From positions 399,280,001 to 399,344,000 of the forward strand of contig OZ024740.1 in NCBI GenBank assembly GCA_964016885.1: a DNA stretch of 64,000 bases, given 5' to 3'. A program made the position numbers and the translations under genes. Under the pieces are notes generated by a model. The model saw only the letters and a list, made by a program, of their open reading frames with translations. It made no database searches and was not told the origin of the DNA. Shown here piece after piece: positions 58,525-64,000 of the stretch. The stretch comes from Eledone cirrhosa (taxonomy: Eukaryota). Within the stretch, counting starts at the first letter, position 1; the number at the start of each line of letters is the position of its first letter.

Positions 58525-58630
58525 CTCATTTTGTATCAAATTATGATAGCCAAAAAAGCAAATATTTCTCTCTCTTTGGTAACCGGTTTATGTTTCTATA
58601 TATTTATATATTCCAAAACGATACAGTACA
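58525..58630 (-). CDS. TLR: Putative first coding exon of TLR copy 2 (ATG at 58529)
   Basis: Copy of 30136-30241; in-frame join to 45953. Confidence 0.58.
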
Positions 58631-60806
58631 CTGAAGACAGATTAGTTTAATGTTTTATACAGTAGGAAATGTATATATCTTCTTCTGGTTTCATAATTTC
58701 TCAAATTTTTGCCAATAGAGAGAGAGCCGGTTTCTTACATAGATACAAGACTCTTTCATTGGAATTTACACAACATCAACTTGGTAGATATGTCTGCATG
58801 TCTGCATGCATGCAGACATTGTTATTGTATATGTGGATGTGTACGTATATGTGTGGATATGTATGTATGTATAATATATGATTGACTGTAGTTGATACAT
58901 ATGATATATATGATTGTCTAGATTTGAGTAGAGCGACATATATTTCCTGTTTTTGAAAAAATTGCCGCTTCCTGTTTTTGAAAAAAATACTTTCTTCTCA
59001 AGTATATTTTAGGTGTCTCCTAAATGTTGATGTGATAGAAACAATACTATGGCAATTGTTAGGTTCAGGTGGTGCTTCTTCTTTGATGTTTGTGTGTCTG
59101 TTATCGGGATAAAACATTGAGAATTTTCGCGATATTCTCCATAGAATCCAGGCATGCTGGCGTGTATACAATGAAAATAAATATAGTTCACAATTTCTAC
59201 TATTGTGCACAGGTGATATATTATTTAAGCAAATTTCAATGATTTCAATGATTTCTACCCAAACAAAAATATTCAACCCTTTTTATAGAAAAAAGTATAT
59301 ATAAGACTATTAGTATAATTCAAGATTTACATTCTATTACAGAATTTTCCAAAATACTTCCTATATTCTTCGTTTCCAAGCATATTTAAACTCAGACATT
59401 ACGGTCTGTTTAGTTAACCCTTAAGATGTGATGTGCGGCCGATTGTCGCGCTTGGTGGTGAATTTATGGTTGTTTTTTTACTTCTCTCTTTTATGAGTTT
59501 ATATTTGTGTTTATTAACGACATTATATCTGTAAGATTTATCGTATTTAAATCCATTTCCGTACACTGCGCTATAACTATGACTTTACAAACTTTGTAGT
59601 GATTAAAACTAATTAATTGATTTGAATTTCCAAATTCGTACAACTTGCTCTCCCAATTAACATCACATATATAAGCATTATTGTTCAACTCTCATTGTAA
59701 TCTCTAGCAAATATTAATCATTTTGAAATAACCATGTGTAGCGAATAACCATGTGTAGCTTAAAAGGTTAGTATGCGTTTTGTTAGATTGTTTTTTATTT
59801 AATTACATATATTTTTTAATTAAGTTTTATTATATACATAAATTTCCAGTTTTATATATAACATTAAAAATATTGTTATACTTTGGGAGGGTCATGTTGC
59901 CAATAAGAAACACACGCACCAGATGCTTTCACTTCAATTTATTATAATAAATTTATAAATTTATAAATTCATAAATTTAGGAATTTATAGATTTCTAGAT
60001 GATTGTTTATATATTGTCAAAGTTCTTTCGTCACACATTCTGTGATCTCTTCAGTGATTCTTTGTTTTTGTGCCTCTCCTTTGTTCTGTCCTACACCATC
60101 TTGTTTTGTGTGTGTGTGTTGCGTGCTTAGTTTGCACATGTGTTACATCCGGGTGTCTGTGTGTGTTTATATTCGTTTATTTATTTGTTTATTTACATGT
60201 TACTGGTTGGTTGTTTGTTCTATGTGCGTGTGTGCTTTCATTTTGTCCTTAATTGTAAGTTGTGATGTTGCTGTTCCACTCATGTTTTCTATTTAATTTT
60301 GGTTGGAGTTCATTTATGTTTATTGCCTCTGTGATTTGTCTAAACATTGCGTTTTTTTTTTTTTTTTTTTTTAAATGTTTTAAATGTATACATAAATTTT
60401 AGGAAAATATATTTTCAAGTTAGTTATAATAAAAATATAATAGTATAATGCTTACAGACCGAAAATACAAACACATAATATATATAGGGTGGTCACTGAA
60501 TGACTGAATGATATAAAACAAAAATAACTTTTACAAACACACGTCTTTTAAACTTTTTTATTATTTTATTTGGAAATATAAGTAATAGATATTTTTCAGT
60601 ATTATGTGTGAAAAGCAACAAGGAATGCTCTATAACCTTAAAAAACCCCAGAAAAAAAAAGATTGAAACCGAACAAGTTTTCCAGTGGCCCCCTGTACAA
60701 ATATAAACGCAAAAAGAGATACAAATACATAAAAAAGATGATAAAAGAAGGGGCAGTGCAATTCACCACCAAGTACGACAATCGGCTGAACATCACATCA
60801 TAAGGG

Positions 60807-61005
60807 TTAACTAAACACTTTTAGGCAAGCCAATACGCTCACAACATTGCCACGGGTGATGGCGAGGCTATGGCGCTGAAAATACCTGGCACCCTCACAT
60901 GCATCACCTGACGCCTCAGTAAGGCGAGACGCCAGTGATGACAAGAACTTCGTTGTCAGTGGCTCCACTTCACCTAACGTCTCGAACACCACAGGCTGGA
61001 AAAAA
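60807..61005 (-). mobile_element. CRE-like fragment, unit 3
   Basis: Copy of 3917-4115. Confidence 0.6.
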
Positions 61006-61064
61006 TAATTATAAGCATTTTCCATAAAAAATTTCAAATTTCTCGTTTAAGAATGGTTAATACA

Positions 61065-61305
61065 TCAATCTTTTATCTGTATTGAATGTTTTAGACTTTT
61101 CCAGAATATCACTTCAGCAATCTCATTTTCATGCGGAAATTTAATGTAACTCTGATTCTTTATCTGTTCAAGAATTGGTAAAGGTAATAGTCTGTGGGGT
61201 ATCTCCTCCAGTACGACAATAATTACTATATTTCTTTCAGTATGAATATATTCCATTTTAGCTAAGTTATATTCAAACATACACCATTTGCTTTCTAGGA
61301 AATAT
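61065..61305 (-). CDS. TLR: Terminal TIR exon of TLR copy 3 (rest of gene beyond window end)
   Basis: Same peptide; one synonymous CTG>CTA change at 61296. Confidence 0.88.
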
Positions 61306-61679
61306 CTGTAAAAGAACGTAAAACATAATATAAGTATTGTGTACCTACACGCACAGATATATACATATATGTATGTGTGTAGCGAAATCTGCCCGCACCT
61401 TGATCCCTGGGTGACACTTAACGGTCAAATTCTGGGTTACCTCTTTTTTGGCGTAAAAACAAGTCAATCGTGAGAGATCCCGCGAGGCAGGGGACAGAGG
61501 AAGCGACAGATATAAATATCCTGTCTTAGACCAGGCAAAATGCAGTTCGGAGCAGTCCCTGATAGAGTAACTATGTAAAACATTTGCTTTCTACAGACCT
61601 CTTGGGGTCTACAGACCATTTACTCTCTCTTCTGGTCTTACAGACTCTCATCTTCTCTTGACACAGACTATTTCAGTAT

Positions 61680-63865
61680 AACAAAATAGCAACAAAAAAA
61701 CAGAGACAACACCCCTGAAGAACACAGCCCTACCCCATCCCACTCCATCAAACACTACCACAAACACACACACACCGAAACACCACCACCACACAACATG
61801 CCCCTACCCCACACTCCTAACGATGATTATTCATCGACGGATGAAGCTGCTTCTCCTTCTTTAAGTGAAGAAGAGGGAAAGCCGCTGAAATCTAAAAACA
61901 AAAAAAAAGAGACATCACAAAACCCGCCAAACTCCAATCACCAACACCAACACACAACCAGAGACACAAACAACAACACCACAGTCAAAGATCACCCTAC
62001 CAGCAAAACAAACACCAACACCACCCCAAACACAAGCACCCACCATAAAAAGAAAACTCCCGGACAAACAACAAACTAAAACAACACAACAAAAACAAAA
62101 ACAACAATACGCATACATCAACACAAACAACAAGAGTTTGATGGAGGTCATCTCCCAAAACTCCAAGGTGGAGACGGAGGGCAAAACCTTCGTCAAGGCA
62201 GAATCGTCTCCACACCTTAAAGTTATAAGAGTTTCTATGGAAACCTATAATGACCTGAAAAATAAATTTTCACAGGACGAGGGCAACCCCTGCCAGAAAC
62301 CCATCAACCGCGTCCTGTTAAAATGTTTCACCACCCCACCCAACACCCCATCCAGCACCCAAATGGAGATTGAACAACCCGATCTCCAGGAAACGAAAAG
62401 ATAAGTGCACCTTTCGTCCTTTTTCTCCAACTCTTCTTCACCAACATGGCTAGAATGTGCCTGGCCTAGGGATGCCCTGGAAACAGGGCCAACTTTTAAA
62501 CGACCTTAGGTCACACGGTATGGATGTGATAGCCATCACCGAGTCCAGGATCCACAACAGGTAGCAACTAACCCCATCTTCGACGACTTTGAGATGTACG
62601 CATCTCTCTGTCAGCCAGGAGGTGGAGGGGGAGTGGCTGTCATGTTTCGGAAGAACCTGGACGTCGAAGTACAGCAAGTACACTTGGACCCGGAGGGTAG
62701 ACTGGTAGTCCTAGACGTGAACAGTATTGGAGGTGGAGCCTTCAGACTGGTGGCCGTTTATGACCCCACCGGGCAATCGCAATCACGGCCAGACTTCTTT
62801 AAGCGTCTAGAGTCTTTTCTGGTAACGTCTTGCTCCTTACTTTTAGTGGGGGACTGGAATGGGATCCTAGATGCACGATGGGACTATGTGGGAGCATGTT
62901 GCAGTAGAGGGGCGCGCAACAGCCTCAAAACTTTAATCAGCCAATTCCAACTGGCCGATAGGTATCGACTGGATTTTCCGACTGCACCAGAGTGGACGTG
63001 GGCAAACCGCAGCGGGACATCTAGATCGTATTTAGATAGGTTCTTCATTAGAGAAAGGGACAAAGAGATGTTAAGCTGTCCACGAATGCACATGGTTGCC
63101 TATTCAGATCACAAATTAGTCGTCTGCTTAGTCAACCGTGATAGAATACATAGACAAGGACCCGGATACTGGAAGCTGAATGTGTCGTTGCCGGCACGTA
63201 AAGCTTACAGTTAACGGATAAGTAGACTAGTCAAGCAACAGTTAACGGGAGCCATCGTCAACAATAAATGGTGGTACTCTCTCAAGAAAGCAATTAGAAT
63301 AGAATCGATATGGTTTAGCAGAGAGTTAGCCTTAGAGAAAAACAAAATAGAAAGAGAACTATTAGCCAAGGTAGAGGAGGCACTTAGAAGTGGTAACGCG
63401 GCTAGAGTGTTAGCGTCGAGAACAGCACTGGACCAGTTCTTCGATGCGAAACACGAAGGCTGCGTGGTCAGAAGCAAAACACGTGCTCTAGGAAACGAAG
63501 GAGCAAAAGCTGTCAGCTGGGCCCGAGTGGCGGAGGCGAAAAGTGGCAACAAGTCCACGATTCGGTCTTTGAAAGACCAAAACGGACACGTGCTACTTGA
63601 CCCCAAGGAAATGTGAGCGGTCTTTCAGCAGCACTTTGCGCGATTGTTTGAGCAGAACGACGGTGAGCCGAACGGGGCAATGGACTTTAGTTCATACCTC
63701 GACGGCCTGCCGCGTCTCTCGAACACGGACGCCGTGTTCTGCGATAGACCAATCACGGACACTGAGATACGGGACGCTCTGAGCCGCTGCGGGAAACGCA
63801 AGTCACCCGGTCTAGATGGTCTACCCTATGAGGTTTACATAGGCATGCCGGACTTGTTCTCTGGC
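61680..63865 (+). mobile_element. Decayed L1/Tx1-like LINE, unit 3
   Basis: Copy of 4790-6975. Confidence 0.88.
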
Positions 63866-64000
63866 CATTCTTGTCACACTTTGCGTAAAACTGATCTTAT
63901 CTGAGGGTACACGTAATGTGAATTATTTAACAATCTATACGTTAATTCATGAGTCGGTGTTTAAATGATGGAACAACTGAGCGGACATCGTCAAAACCGA

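Larger units (their letters stand above)
56737..64000. repeat. Tandem segmental duplication unit 3 (partial, runs off window)
   Basis: ORF 124 recurs at 56860; TIR exon and LINE fragment recur. Confidence 0.96.

Overview
AT-rich, microsatellite-dense eukaryotic DNA. Its tRNA-derived SINEs and repeat content suggest an octopod cephalopod (inference). The whole window is a head-to-tail tandem array of a ~28.35-28.4 kb unit: 1-28343, 28344-56736 and a partial third copy from 56737. The copies are near-identical apart from microsatellite lengths, a few SNPs and two indels. Each unit carries one minus-strand single-cysteine-cluster Toll-like receptor gene. The ORF track shows it as a truncated 749 aa protein, but splicing gives a complete ~833 aa LRR-TM-TIR protein from three coding exons (a 5-nt ATG-AG first coding segment, a 2256-nt exon and a 241-nt TIR-completing exon) separated by ~11-13 kb introns. 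Two complete copies plus orphan exons at both window ends imply at least four genes. The introns are packed with decayed retroelements: several Penelope-like (RT + GIY-YIG) fragments, an L1/Tx1-like LINE and SINEs. A CRE-like fragment follows the stop codon. The most unusual signal is a set of short non-coding fold-back or terminally repeated elements carrying type I hammerhead ribozyme folds. Three apparently unrelated families of these use a compensatory U3-A8 core (UUGANAA) instead of CUGANGA. Nested long inverted repeats also bracket intron 1. No folding, alignment or database search was run.
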